A DNA stretch of 64,000 nt from an uncultured Clostridium sp. Lineage in GTDB: Bacteria; Bacillota; Clostridia; TANB77; CAG-508. Under the pieces are notes generated by a model. It had not been told where the DNA came from. It ran no database searches and saw only the letters and a program-made list of their open reading frames with translations. Of this stretch, positions 20,001 through 28,900 are shown piece after piece. The stretch lies in the NCBI GenBank assembly GCA_900554365.1, contig USGY01000005.1:3720-67719 (forward strand), in the 5' to 3' direction. The position numbers were made by a program, and so were the translations under genes. The number at the start of each line of letters is the position of its first letter. The first letter of the stretch is position 1.

Positions 20001-20352
20001 GGATGGAACTGGAAAAGGAGCTCAAGTCGTTGCAGAAGCAAGAAAACAAATTGGAAAACCATATGTATGGGGAGCTGCAGGGCCAAATAGTTTTGATTGT
20101 TCTGGTTTAACAATGTGGTGTTATAACAAAATTGGAATAAAAATATCTCATAATGACAGATGTCAAAAAGCTGAAGCTAAAAAAGTTGTTCCTGTATCAC
20201 AAGCAAGAGTAGGAGATATCTTATGGAAAGATGGACATGTTGGAATCTACATAGGAAATAATCAATATATACATGCACCAACTCCTGGACAAACAGTAAC
20301 AATAGCCAATGGAGCAAATTCGATGTTTGTAAATGCATTACAATTCTTTTAA
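17092..20352 (+). CDS. T4SS peptidoglycan hydrolase (PrgK/TcpG-like) with three putative hydrolase modules
   Basis: N-terminal TM helix. A CHAP/NlpC-like Cys...His module (QGYCLGWVNKVY...GHVGIYVGDN, roughly nt 17764-18067). A glucosaminidase/lysozyme-like segment (VVVTAGTEQGWKQGGGAYNYWGIGV, roughly nt 19300-19700). A classic C-terminal NlpC/P60 domain (GKPYVWGAAGPNSFDCSGLTMWCY...GHVGIYIGNNQYIHAP). Confidence 0.85.
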   Translation: MNNNSEAVRQAIKKVAKKVGKVVSKIMFIPLVIFSIIIILLGACVYFITVDDGTYKEGDWKSTGYGAAVYKSEAKVNSDGSISAGKTAKEIWDELRKNGSSVTDYLSGPKALAKLMNAELVTSFPDTRSNPDEKIDWDKVDLLGDKLQGIIKFKRGDKDGKTYTMSYVDETTFSGWMECYNLTGSEEAKKNVLSHFTIVSGDTSSSSNGSLKVNLSKDQVTDASQKILDAIPKVPSPGQGYCLGWVNKVYQAAGVGSLNQIGAYQAFQATHVSTDRNNIPVGAAVYCTGSQSAGIYGHVGIYVGDNKVMDNIGYIRTIDLDKWIKEAETSGNTQCGGKPGWLGWGWWTGGSPTVTGTGSSTSSDETKDNSNTDKNTTKKVEDGKIETKGKSYSVKVATWNSTTTKVESNDPAVKGYTTTQYNMTATTINYQDLVSKYTMPFNLLYAFLVVGESEDFVSELADLVYNSDIEITVYDNYTKNTDVDKWTYTRVVEDDVNATAILGDKMKSTSFTNKTSNQYTTTKTVITETNTLDVKVSKANVWIVDYESNVEYQSNKPNSTSSDNGQDDQKKPSKKTTVGPVYNYNAKEIDELEKQVLDEANGESNEYKKSDVKTSSFYDRYKWITDINDNVTNTTESSSYTSKPGTVKEKTDRKSKDPNFVTIYNKNKYERNASNIETAASWLFEIIQINQDTTDMLDLIKYLLYKATGISYGVTEFDFSIFDPSNFQKVTTGSEGGLSLNTTMFTKDVFKKALESYYNKTHNQAFYNNFVLKADEIYDASVRNNVNPELVVVTAGTEQGWKQGGGAYNYWGIGVYNGSNVGQSFSSMSDGIAAFANIIKKYSPGGSMANLIMQRYEERKNSGCDPTGYGMPGTLSGWQSVYSSLGYHVTGSAGAGGYYYMDPGVAGVTKIYKTHSEFLQKCYNVGGAHAYGTITTAWEQGQYTAYQLEQKLNLWNAIFGDFGTLSSTSTDGTGKGAQVVAEARKQIGKPYVWGAAGPNSFDCSGLTMWCYNKIGIKISHNDRCQKAEAKKVVPVSQARVGDILWKDGHVGIYIGNNQYIHAPTPGQTVTIANGANSMFVNALQFF

Positions 20353-20371
20353 TATGTAGGGAGGATATAGA

Positions 20372-21121
20372 ATGAAAAAGATAATGATAAGTATTTGTAT
20401 AACTATTTGTGTAATATTATTAATATTATTGATAATTATGTTTAATAATAAAAATTCTCAACATAGGACTAATAATGTAGAAACAAATGGTGATAGCAAA
20501 AATATTACATATACTACAGAAAAATTGAGAGATGCTACAAAATTTTATGCAATTGAAAAATGTATTCAAGAAAATAAAGACCAAAATTTTGTTGCAAAAG
20601 AAATGAATGTATTAGATGAATATGAATTTACTAGTTATGCTGTTTATGGAAAAAGTAATAATGCTGATAAATATTATATAGTTAGAACAGATTTATCAAG
20701 TGATGCATTTAGAATTGAAGATGTAAATGTAAGTAATATAGATAGTATTGATTTAAAGACTAATTTAAAAGAAATAAAAGATGATGGTAATAATAAGATT
20801 AATTATAGTACCATTACACCTAATGATATGGGAGAAAGATATTTACAAGAATTTCTAAATTTAGAAATATCAAATCCTGAAGAGGCATATAAATTATTGG
20901 ATGAAAATAGTAAGAAAAATAAATTTTCAACTTTGGATGACTACAAAGATTATATAAAAAATAATTTGGATAAAATAAAAAATGAGAGTTTTAAAACTTG
21001 CAATTATGAATATGATGATGATTATACTATGTATTGGATAGAAACAACTGAAAATAATATGTATACATTTAAAGAAAATAGTATAGAAAATTATACAGTA
21101 CTAATAACAGAATTAAATTAA
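20372..21121 (+). CDS. Bitopic membrane-anchored protein, short paralogue of the next gene; unknown function
   Basis: N-terminal TM helix. Shared blocks with the 21139 gene: FYAIEKCIQE vs FYTIENCIKK, and YLQEFLNLEISNPEEAYKLLDENSKKNKFSTLDDYKDYI vs YFQEFKELVINKPEEAYDKLDVNYRNKRFGSLDEFENYI. Confidence 0.6.
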   Translation: MKKIMISICITICVILLILLIIMFNNKNSQHRTNNVETNGDSKNITYTTEKLRDATKFYAIEKCIQENKDQNFVAKEMNVLDEYEFTSYAVYGKSNNADKYYIVRTDLSSDAFRIEDVNVSNIDSIDLKTNLKEIKDDGNNKINYSTITPNDMGERYLQEFLNLEISNPEEAYKLLDENSKKNKFSTLDDYKDYIKNNLDKIKNESFKTCNYEYDDDYTMYWIETTENNMYTFKENSIENYTVLITELN

Positions 21122-21138
21122 TAAAGTGGAGATATAAT

Positions 21139-22509
21139 ATGTCAAAAATGAAAAAAATAATTATTGTTGCAATTATTATTATATTAATAATAATTGCTGC
21201 AATAATAGGATATATGGTGACTAACCAAAAGAAAGATTTGGTAGATAAAGATAATAATAATGTAAATACTACCCCAAATAATAATATAGTTGAAAATAAT
21301 GTTCAAACAGTTAAAGACAGTGCTTTATTTTATACAATAGAAAATTGTATAAAAAAATATGAAGGATATGTAAATACAAATTATGAAAAACAAGTTGATG
21401 AAAGAAATCTTCCATCATTAGCTGCATCATATGGATTTTCAACTCAAGAAGATAAAAATAGTGCTATAATGAATTTTTTAGATCAAGATTATATTAAAGA
21501 AAATAATATAAATAAAAATAATTTAAATAATTTTATTGAAGAAACTAATAATGAAGATATTATAGTTACAGCATTAAAAATAAATAAATTGGAAAGTGAT
21601 AATTCTGAAGTAAATTCTTATAGTGTATATGCTAAAAAAAGTGATGGGGACAATGAAAAAAATATATATTATATTATAAAATTGGATGAAAGTAATGAAG
21701 CATTTTGCATTTATCCATTGAATAAAGATTATAAAAATATCGATGAAATAAATGTAAAAAATCAAACTAAAAACATTGAAAAAAATAATCAAAATGCTAT
21801 TATACAAAGCGATGTAAGTGATGCTGAGATTACAACTAAATATTTTCAAGAATTTAAGGAGCTAGTAATAAATAAGCCAGAAGAAGCTTATGATAAGTTG
21901 GATGTAAACTATAGAAATAAAAGGTTTGGTAGTTTAGATGAATTTGAAAATTATATAAATGCAAACATAGATGATATCGAATTATCACAAATTTTAAAAT
22001 ATTTAAAAGAAGAAAATGATAATTATAATGAATATGTAGCAAAAGATAGATATGAAAATTTATATATTTTTGATGAAGAATCACCAAATAATTATACTGT
22101 AAAATTAGATACATATACAATTGTTACGGATAAATTTAAAAGTGAATATAGCCAATCTGAAGAAGAAAGAAAAGTTCAATTACAATTAGATGTGTTTAGA
22201 CAAATGATAAATAATCAAGATTTTAAATCTGCATATAATGTATTAGCGGATGGATTTAAAAATAACTATTTTAAGACACAAGATAGTTTTGAAGAATATA
22301 TGAGAAAACATGCATTTAAATATAATAAGATAAATTTTGAAGATATTAATCAACAAGGTAATTTGTATGTATGTAAAGCCAATTTTACAGATTTAAGTGA
22401 AGGAAATTATGAAGATGAAAGTAAAAAAGATGTTAATCAATATGATTGGACATTTATAGTACAACTAAATGATGCTGAAAATTTTAAATTATCATTTAGT
22501 ATTGAATAA
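21139..22509 (+). CDS. Bitopic membrane-anchored protein, long paralogue of the previous gene; unknown function
   Basis: N-terminal TM helix and an N/K/D/E-rich extracytoplasmic region. It shares motifs with the 20372 gene. It is the last gene of the tightly packed operon. Confidence 0.6.
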   Translation: MSKMKKIIIVAIIIILIIIAAIIGYMVTNQKKDLVDKDNNNVNTTPNNNIVENNVQTVKDSALFYTIENCIKKYEGYVNTNYEKQVDERNLPSLAASYGFSTQEDKNSAIMNFLDQDYIKENNINKNNLNNFIEETNNEDIIVTALKINKLESDNSEVNSYSVYAKKSDGDNEKNIYYIIKLDESNEAFCIYPLNKDYKNIDEINVKNQTKNIEKNNQNAIIQSDVSDAEITTKYFQEFKELVINKPEEAYDKLDVNYRNKRFGSLDEFENYINANIDDIELSQILKYLKEENDNYNEYVAKDRYENLYIFDEESPNNYTVKLDTYTIVTDKFKSEYSQSEEERKVQLQLDVFRQMINNQDFKSAYNVLADGFKNNYFKTQDSFEEYMRKHAFKYNKINFEDINQQGNLYVCKANFTDLSEGNYEDESKKDVNQYDWTFIVQLNDAENFKLSFSIE

Positions 22510-22510
22510 A

Positions 22511-22536
22511 AAGAGAGAATGTGATATTCTCTCTTT
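22511..22536 (+). terminator. Hairpin terminator closing the T4SS operon
   Basis: aagagagaat (22511-22520) pairs with attctctctt (22526-22535). The T-tail is short. Confidence 0.5.
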
Positions 22537-22558
22537 AAATTATATATAGGAGATCAAT

Positions 22559-24157
22559 ATGTTTAAGAAAATCAAATCATTAACCAATATTTTTGCCAAA
22601 GATTTTTTACAAAGAACAAAATTAATAGATCCAGAAACAAATAAAAAAACAATATGGTTTTGGATGATAATAATATTAGCAATAGCAATGGTATATATTA
22701 GTAATGAAGCCATAATTAAATTAAAATCAATAAATCAACCAGAAATATTTTTAAATTTGTATATGGTATTTTTATTTTTATTAGTAACATTTCAAACAAT
22801 AGCAATAAGTACTAATATATACTTTTTCTCAAAAGATTTAGAATTTGTTATGCCGTTACCAATAGAGCCTAAAATATTATTAATATCAAAATTTAATACT
22901 ATAATAATTCTAATATATGTAACAGAAGCACTATTCGGTTTTATACCATTAGTATTATATGGATTTTTAAATTTTACAACTTTTGGATATTTTTTATGGA
23001 CAACATTATTTTTATTATTTATACCAATTATAATAGCTTCAGTAATAAGTTTTTTAACTATTATATTAATGAGATTATTTGGATTTATAAAAAGTAAAAT
23101 AATAGTTCAAAATTTAGTAACTTTTATATTAATATTTTTAATGATAGGTGTTGAATATTTATTATTTGGTAATTTGAAAAATATACAAGAAGAAAATAAA
23201 ATAATTTCATATATTACATCAATATTATGTAGTAAAGATTTTTTCTTTGTAATTAAAAGTTTATTTTTTATAATATTAATTGCTTTAGTGGTATTTAATT
23301 TATTTATTTATTTGTCTAAAAAAAATTATTTAAAAATCATATTAAAAAGTTTATCTATAGGAAATGGAAAAGTAAAAAATATAAAAAGATTAAGAGTAAA
23401 AAATAATAAAGTTGCAAAATCATATATAAAAAAGGAATTTAAAAATTTAATAAAACATCCAATATTTTTCATGGAAACAATTTTACCTGTAATAATGACA
23501 ATGATTACTATCGTAATGCTAGCTAATGTTTTAATTCCAGCTATAGATAGTACAATTCAAGCTGATGAAGAAATAAGTACTTCCTTGGCATCATTAAGTT
23601 TTAATAGCGAAATGATTTGTGTTATTTTAGGAATCTTACAGTTGTTATTTTCTATTTCTAGTTTGTCAGTAACAGCATTTTCTAGAGATGGAAAGGAAGC
23701 AATTTTTACAAAATATATTCCTCTAAGTTTATATAAACAATTTTTATATAAAAATGTATTACAAATTGTATTAAATATAATTGTATCAGCTGTTATTTTG
23801 ATATTAATATATAATTTTATTCCTAAAATAGGATTAATAAATATTATTTTTATATTTGGAATATCAATTATAATTAATTTAATAAATAGTTTTTTAATGG
23901 TTGTAATAGATTTAAGGAAACCATATTTAAATTGGAATTCTGAACATTCTGTTGTAAAGAAAAATGATAATAAATCTTTTCAATATGCATTAACAGTAAT
24001 AATGATTTTATTATATATGTATATTTCTAATATTTTTAAAGAATTAAATGTTACTTTAACTTTGTGTTTAGAAGGAATTATATTATTATTTATATTTATA
24101 ATAATAAATGTGTTAATAAAGAAAAATATAAAAAAATTATTTAATAAAATAAATTAA
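22559..24157 (+). CDS. Polytopic membrane protein resembling 'putative ABC exporter' permeases; no ATPase partner nearby
   Basis: 532 aa and almost entirely hydrophobic helices. The motif FFSKDLEFVMPLPIEPKILLISKF recalls ABC-exporter-type permeases (from memory). It has its own RBS (taggaga). Confidence 0.5.
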   Translation: MFKKIKSLTNIFAKDFLQRTKLIDPETNKKTIWFWMIIILAIAMVYISNEAIIKLKSINQPEIFLNLYMVFLFLLVTFQTIAISTNIYFFSKDLEFVMPLPIEPKILLISKFNTIIILIYVTEALFGFIPLVLYGFLNFTTFGYFLWTTLFLLFIPIIIASVISFLTIILMRLFGFIKSKIIVQNLVTFILIFLMIGVEYLLFGNLKNIQEENKIISYITSILCSKDFFFVIKSLFFIILIALVVFNLFIYLSKKNYLKIILKSLSIGNGKVKNIKRLRVKNNKVAKSYIKKEFKNLIKHPIFFMETILPVIMTMITIVMLANVLIPAIDSTIQADEEISTSLASLSFNSEMICVILGILQLLFSISSLSVTAFSRDGKEAIFTKYIPLSLYKQFLYKNVLQIVLNIIVSAVILILIYNFIPKIGLINIIFIFGISIIINLINSFLMVVIDLRKPYLNWNSEHSVVKKNDNKSFQYALTVIMILLYMYISNIFKELNVTLTLCLEGIILLFIFIIINVLIKKNIKKLFNKIN

Positions 24158-24170
24158 AAAATGGGTACTA

Positions 24171-24893
24171 TTAATTAGCACCCATTTTAAATATGTTTAA
24201 AAAAATATCAACAATAAATTTAATAAAAAAGTTTTCTTCATATAATTCATGTAAAAAATTTTTAACAAAAGGTATTTGACAAATAAGAATAACAATAAAA
24301 ATTGTAATTATTAAAGCAATAAAATTTTTAAATATTTCTCTTGGTGTTTTTTTATATCTAATTTTATATCCTCTATTTTTTAAATCTTGAATATAAGCAT
24401 CATGATATGCTTTTTGTCTAGCGCGTTGCATTTCTTCTTGATATTCAAGTTCTTTTTCATATGCTTCTTGCGCAGCCATTTGCTTAGCTAATTCTTGTTG
24501 TTGGAAGTCTTGGTTAGTCTGATTTTGTGTGGTATTATAATTTATTTGTGAATTATAAGTTGAACCTGGATTTGTTGAACGATTATTTTTTTCATTTTTT
24601 AAATTATTTAATTCATTATATAAAATTTGGTTTTCTTGAGCCATTTTATTAAAGTCTTCTTCAGAAATTGTAGAGGCTTTTAAAGTTTTATCAAAATTTG
24701 CTCTAGATTCTGGATTTGATAATATTTCATAAGCTTCATTTATTTCTTTTAATTTTTCACTTGCTGCTTCTTTTTGACTTTCTTCTTGTAAATCTGGATG
24801 ATATTTTTTGGCTAAAGCTTTATATGCTTTTTCTATAACTTCTTGAGAAGCACTTGAATCAACTTCTAGTGTTTTATAATAATTTTTGCTCAT
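24171..24893 (-). CDS. Membrane-anchored J-domain protein (DnaJ-like co-chaperone, non-canonical)
   Basis: N-terminal J domain [31 protein letters not shown]. There is no Zn-finger or Gly/Phe region. The middle is N/Q-rich and there is a C-terminal TM helix [19 protein letters not shown]. Confidence 0.8.
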   Translation of the reverse strand: MSKNYYKTLEVDSSASQEVIEKAYKALAKKYHPDLQEESQKEAASEKLKEINEAYEILSNPESRANFDKTLKASTISEEDFNKMAQENQILYNELNNLKNEKNNRSTNPGSTYNSQINYNTTQNQTNQDFQQQELAKQMAAQEAYEKELEYQEEMQRARQKAYHDAYIQDLKNRGYKIRYKKTPREIFKNFIALIITIFIVILICQIPFVKNFLHELYEENFFIKFIVDIFLNIFKMGAN

Positions 24894-25011
24894 TTATAAA
24901 CTCCTTAATTATTTTTTTACATATCAAAATAAATATAACACAAAAATCAAATTGCTTCAAGTATATGAACAATAAATATGTTTTAATCATATTTTATAAT
25001 GGGTGATTATT

Positions 25012-25872
25012 ATGAAGTTAGGATTATGTTTGGCTGGTGGTGGGGTTAAAGGTGCTGCTCATATTGGCGTGTTAAAAGCTTTTGAAGATGAAAATATAAA
25101 ATTTAATTACATAGCTGGTACTTCATCTGGTAGTATTGTTTCGGCTTTATATGCTTGTGGTTTTTCAGCAGATGAAATTTATAATATATTTAAAAAATAT
25201 TGTAAAAAAATAAAATATGTTGATTTTTTAAATATATTAAAATTAATTTTTGGTATTGTTTTTACTGGTGATATAAAAATAGATGGATTTAATTCTGGTA
25301 AAAAAATAGAAAAAATGATTAATAAGGTTTGCAATCAATATGGTTTTTATACAATGAGAGACATTAAAAAAATATTAGCTATTCCAAGTGTTAACTTATG
25401 TAATGGTGAAGTGGTTTGTTTTACTTCATGTCAAAATAGAAAAAAGCCGGTAGATAATACTGTTTTTTGTGATGACATTGAAATAGGGAAGGCTGTAAGA
25501 GCAAGTTGCAGTTATCCAGTTGTTTTTTCACCATGTAATTATAGAAATATAAAGTTGATTGATGGTGGAATTAGAGAAAATGTACCTTGGCGTGAGTTGG
25601 AGTTTTTGGGTGCAGATAAGATTGTAAATGTTGTTTTTGAAGATGAGGAAGAAGAAAGCTGTGAAAAAAATATAGTTGAAGTTGCGTTTAGATCTATTAA
25701 TTTATTGTGTAAAGAATTGTCTGGTTATGAAATAGATAGTGCAGGATATGTTTTGAAAATTTCGAGTAAAAAAGTTGGATTACTTGATATGAAGAAAATT
25801 GATTATTTATATAATTTAGGTTATAAAGTTGCAAAAAGTAAAATTAATGAAATAAAAAAATTTATTGATTAA
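25012..25872 (+). CDS. Patatin-like phospholipase family protein
   Basis: Oxyanion motif GLCLAGGGVKGAAHIGVL, nucleophile elbow GTSSGS and the catalytic Asp context IDGGIRENVP. Confidence 0.85.
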   Translation: MKLGLCLAGGGVKGAAHIGVLKAFEDENIKFNYIAGTSSGSIVSALYACGFSADEIYNIFKKYCKKIKYVDFLNILKLIFGIVFTGDIKIDGFNSGKKIEKMINKVCNQYGFYTMRDIKKILAIPSVNLCNGEVVCFTSCQNRKKPVDNTVFCDDIEIGKAVRASCSYPVVFSPCNYRNIKLIDGGIRENVPWRELEFLGADKIVNVVFEDEEEESCEKNIVEVAFRSINLLCKELSGYEIDSAGYVLKISSKKVGLLDMKKIDYLYNLGYKVAKSKINEIKKFID

Positions 25873-25874
25873 TA

Positions 25875-25910
25875 AAAAGATGCGGAATTTTTGTTATTTC
25901 CGCATCTTTT
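25875..25910. terminator. Bidirectional terminator between convergent genes
   Basis: 13-bp stem aaaagatgcggaa / ttccgcatctttt, flanked by A-runs and T-runs. Confidence 0.8.
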
Positions 25911-25923
25911 TTATAATATAAAA

Positions 25924-28900
25924 TTATTTTTTAATAGTTATTTTTTCTTTTATATCACTGTTTTCTTTATCAATTGCTTTTTTAGCATTATTTTTTTCTT
26001 TTAAATTATCTTTGGCTACAGTCATTAGAAGTTTTATTCTATTTGTTTGATTTGTTTCACTTGCACCAGGATCGTAGTCAACAGGAGAAATATTTGCATC
26101 TGGATATTTACTTCTAATTGTTTTTATAACACCTTTACCAACAACGTGGTTAGGTAAACAAGCAAATGGTTGAACACATACTATGTTTGGAATTCCATGT
26201 TCGATATATTCAATCATTTCAGCTGTTAAGAACCAACCTTCACCTGTTTGGTTTCCTATTGATAATATGTCTTTTACTTTGTCTTCTAAATGCCATATAT
26301 CACAAGGTGGTAAGTAACCTTTTTTAGAATTTGATAAAGCTATTTTTAGATCTTTTTCCATTATATCTATTAATTTGATTGCTATTTTACTTATTTTTGA
26401 TGATGTTTTATTTGTATTTAAAAGTTTATTAAATGTTATTTTATGTGTTGCCATAAATTTTATGAATCCCATAAAATCAGGTAATACAACTTCTGCACCT
26501 TCTTTTTCTAATAAGTCTGCAACAAAATTATTTCCAAATGGATGATATTTTATTAAAACTTCTCCAACTATACCAACTTTTGGCTTTTCTACAGAAGTAT
26601 CTAATTCTATTTTTTCAAAATCATTTACAATATCATAAATACTTTGTTTAAATTCTTTATTTTTTGTTTTAGCTAGAATTTCCTTGCATTTTTTAATCCA
26701 TTTATTAAATAATGCTTCGGTTTCTCCTTTGTGAACTTCATATGCTCTATTTTTTGTAAGCATTTTTTGCAATAAATCTGCATATATAACGCATTTTAAC
26801 ATTTTATCCATTAAAGGAACTGTTATTTTAAATCCAGGCATTTTTTCCATACCTACTACATTTAATGATATAACAGGTACTTGTTCAAATCCAGCATCTT
26901 TTAATGCTTTTCTTATAAATCCAATATAATTTGTTGCTCTACATCCACCGCCTGTTTGTGACATTATTAAAGCTGTTCTATTTGGATCATATTTTCCAGA
27001 TTGTAAAGCTTCAATCATTTGTCCTGTAACTAATATTGATGGATAACATGCATCATTATTTACATATTTTAAACCTGTTTCTACAGTTTTTTGTGTACAT
27101 TCACGTAATAGTTCTACATTATATCCGCAAGATTTAACAGCTGTTTCTAGCAATTCAAAGTGAATTGGAGCCATTTGAGGGAATAATATAGTATAATTTT
27201 TTCTCATATCTTTTGTAAAGATTTTTTTATGTATTCCATAATCTCCAGTTGTTTTTTCTTCATGTTTTTCATGTTCACGTTTTTTCATACTTGCAAGTAA
27301 TGAACGGATACGTATACGTACAGCACCTAAATTGTTTACTTCATCTATTTTTATTAATGTATACATCTTATCATAACTTGATAAAATTTCTTCAACTTGA
27401 TCTGTTGTTACTGCATCTACACCACATCCAAATGAATTTAGTTGAACAAGCTCTAAACAATCATGTTTTCCAACAAAGTCGGCAGCTGCATATAATCTAG
27501 CATGAAATACCCATTGGTCAACAACTCTTATTGGTCGTTTAGCTTCTGATTTATCTGAAACACTATCTTCTGTTAATACACATAAACCTAAAGATGTTAT
27601 TAATGTATCAATACCATGATTAATTTCTGGATCTACATGATATGGACGTCCTGCTAACACAATACCTTTTAAATTATTTTCCTCTATGTATTTTACAGTT
27701 TCAGCACCTTTTTGACGTATGTCATTTTTACATTTTTGATATTCTGCTTCAGCTTTATCAGCTGCTTCATTTAATTCTGATTTTGTAAAGTTATATTCCT
27801 TAAATTCGTCAAGTTCTAATATTTTTTTAACTAAGTTTTTCTTGTCTAAAGGTAAAAATGGATTTAAGAATTTTACTGATGGATCTTTTAATTCTTCAAT
27901 ATTATTTTTTAATACCTCTGAATAAGAAATTACTATTGGACAGTTATAATGGTTATCTGCTTTTTCATATTCTTTTCTTGAATAAGGTATACAAGGATAG
28001 AATATAGTTTTTATTCCTTTTTCTAATAAGCTTTCTACATGTCCATGAGAAAGTTTGGCAGGGTAACAAACAGATTCAGATGGCATTGATTCCATTCCTT
28101 TTTCATATGTTGCACGAGTACTTTTTTCTGAAAGAATTACTCTAAATCCTAAACTTGTTAAAAATGTAAACCAGAATGGATAATCTTCATACATATTTAA
28201 AACTCTAGGAATTCCAATAACTCCTCTAGGAGCGTCTTTTTCTTCTAATGGTTTATAATCAAAAATTCTTTCATATTTATATTTAACTAAGTTTGGAAGA
28301 TTTTTGTTCTTAGAAACAATTCCAGCTCCTCTTTCACAACGGTTTCCGGAAATATGTACTTGTCCATTACTAAATCTATTTATTGTTAATAAACAATGAT
28401 TTTCACATATTCCACATCTTGTGTGTGTTACTTTTATTTTTAAATTATCTAATTCATTTTCTTTTAATATTGTTGACTTGTATTCCATATCTAAATTTGT
28501 TTCGTATTGTTCTTTAGATAAAAGAGCCATTCCATATGCTCCCATAAGTCCTGCAATATCAGGTCTTACTACATTTTTACCAACAATTAATTCAAATGCA
28601 CGTAGAACGGCATCATTGTAGAAAGTACCACCTTGAACAACGATGTGATCTCCAAGTGTTGAAACATCTCTTACTTTCATAACTTTTTGAATTGCATTTT
28701 TTATAACTGAGTATGAAAGACCACTTGAGATATCACCAACTGAATATCCTTCTTTTTGTGCTTGTTTTATCTTTGAATTCATAAATACGGTACATCTTGA
28801 TCCTAGGTCGACAGGTGTTTTTGAATGTATTGCTTCATCAACAAATTTTGATATTTCTAAGTTTAAACTTTTAGCAAATGTTTCTATAAATGAACCACAT

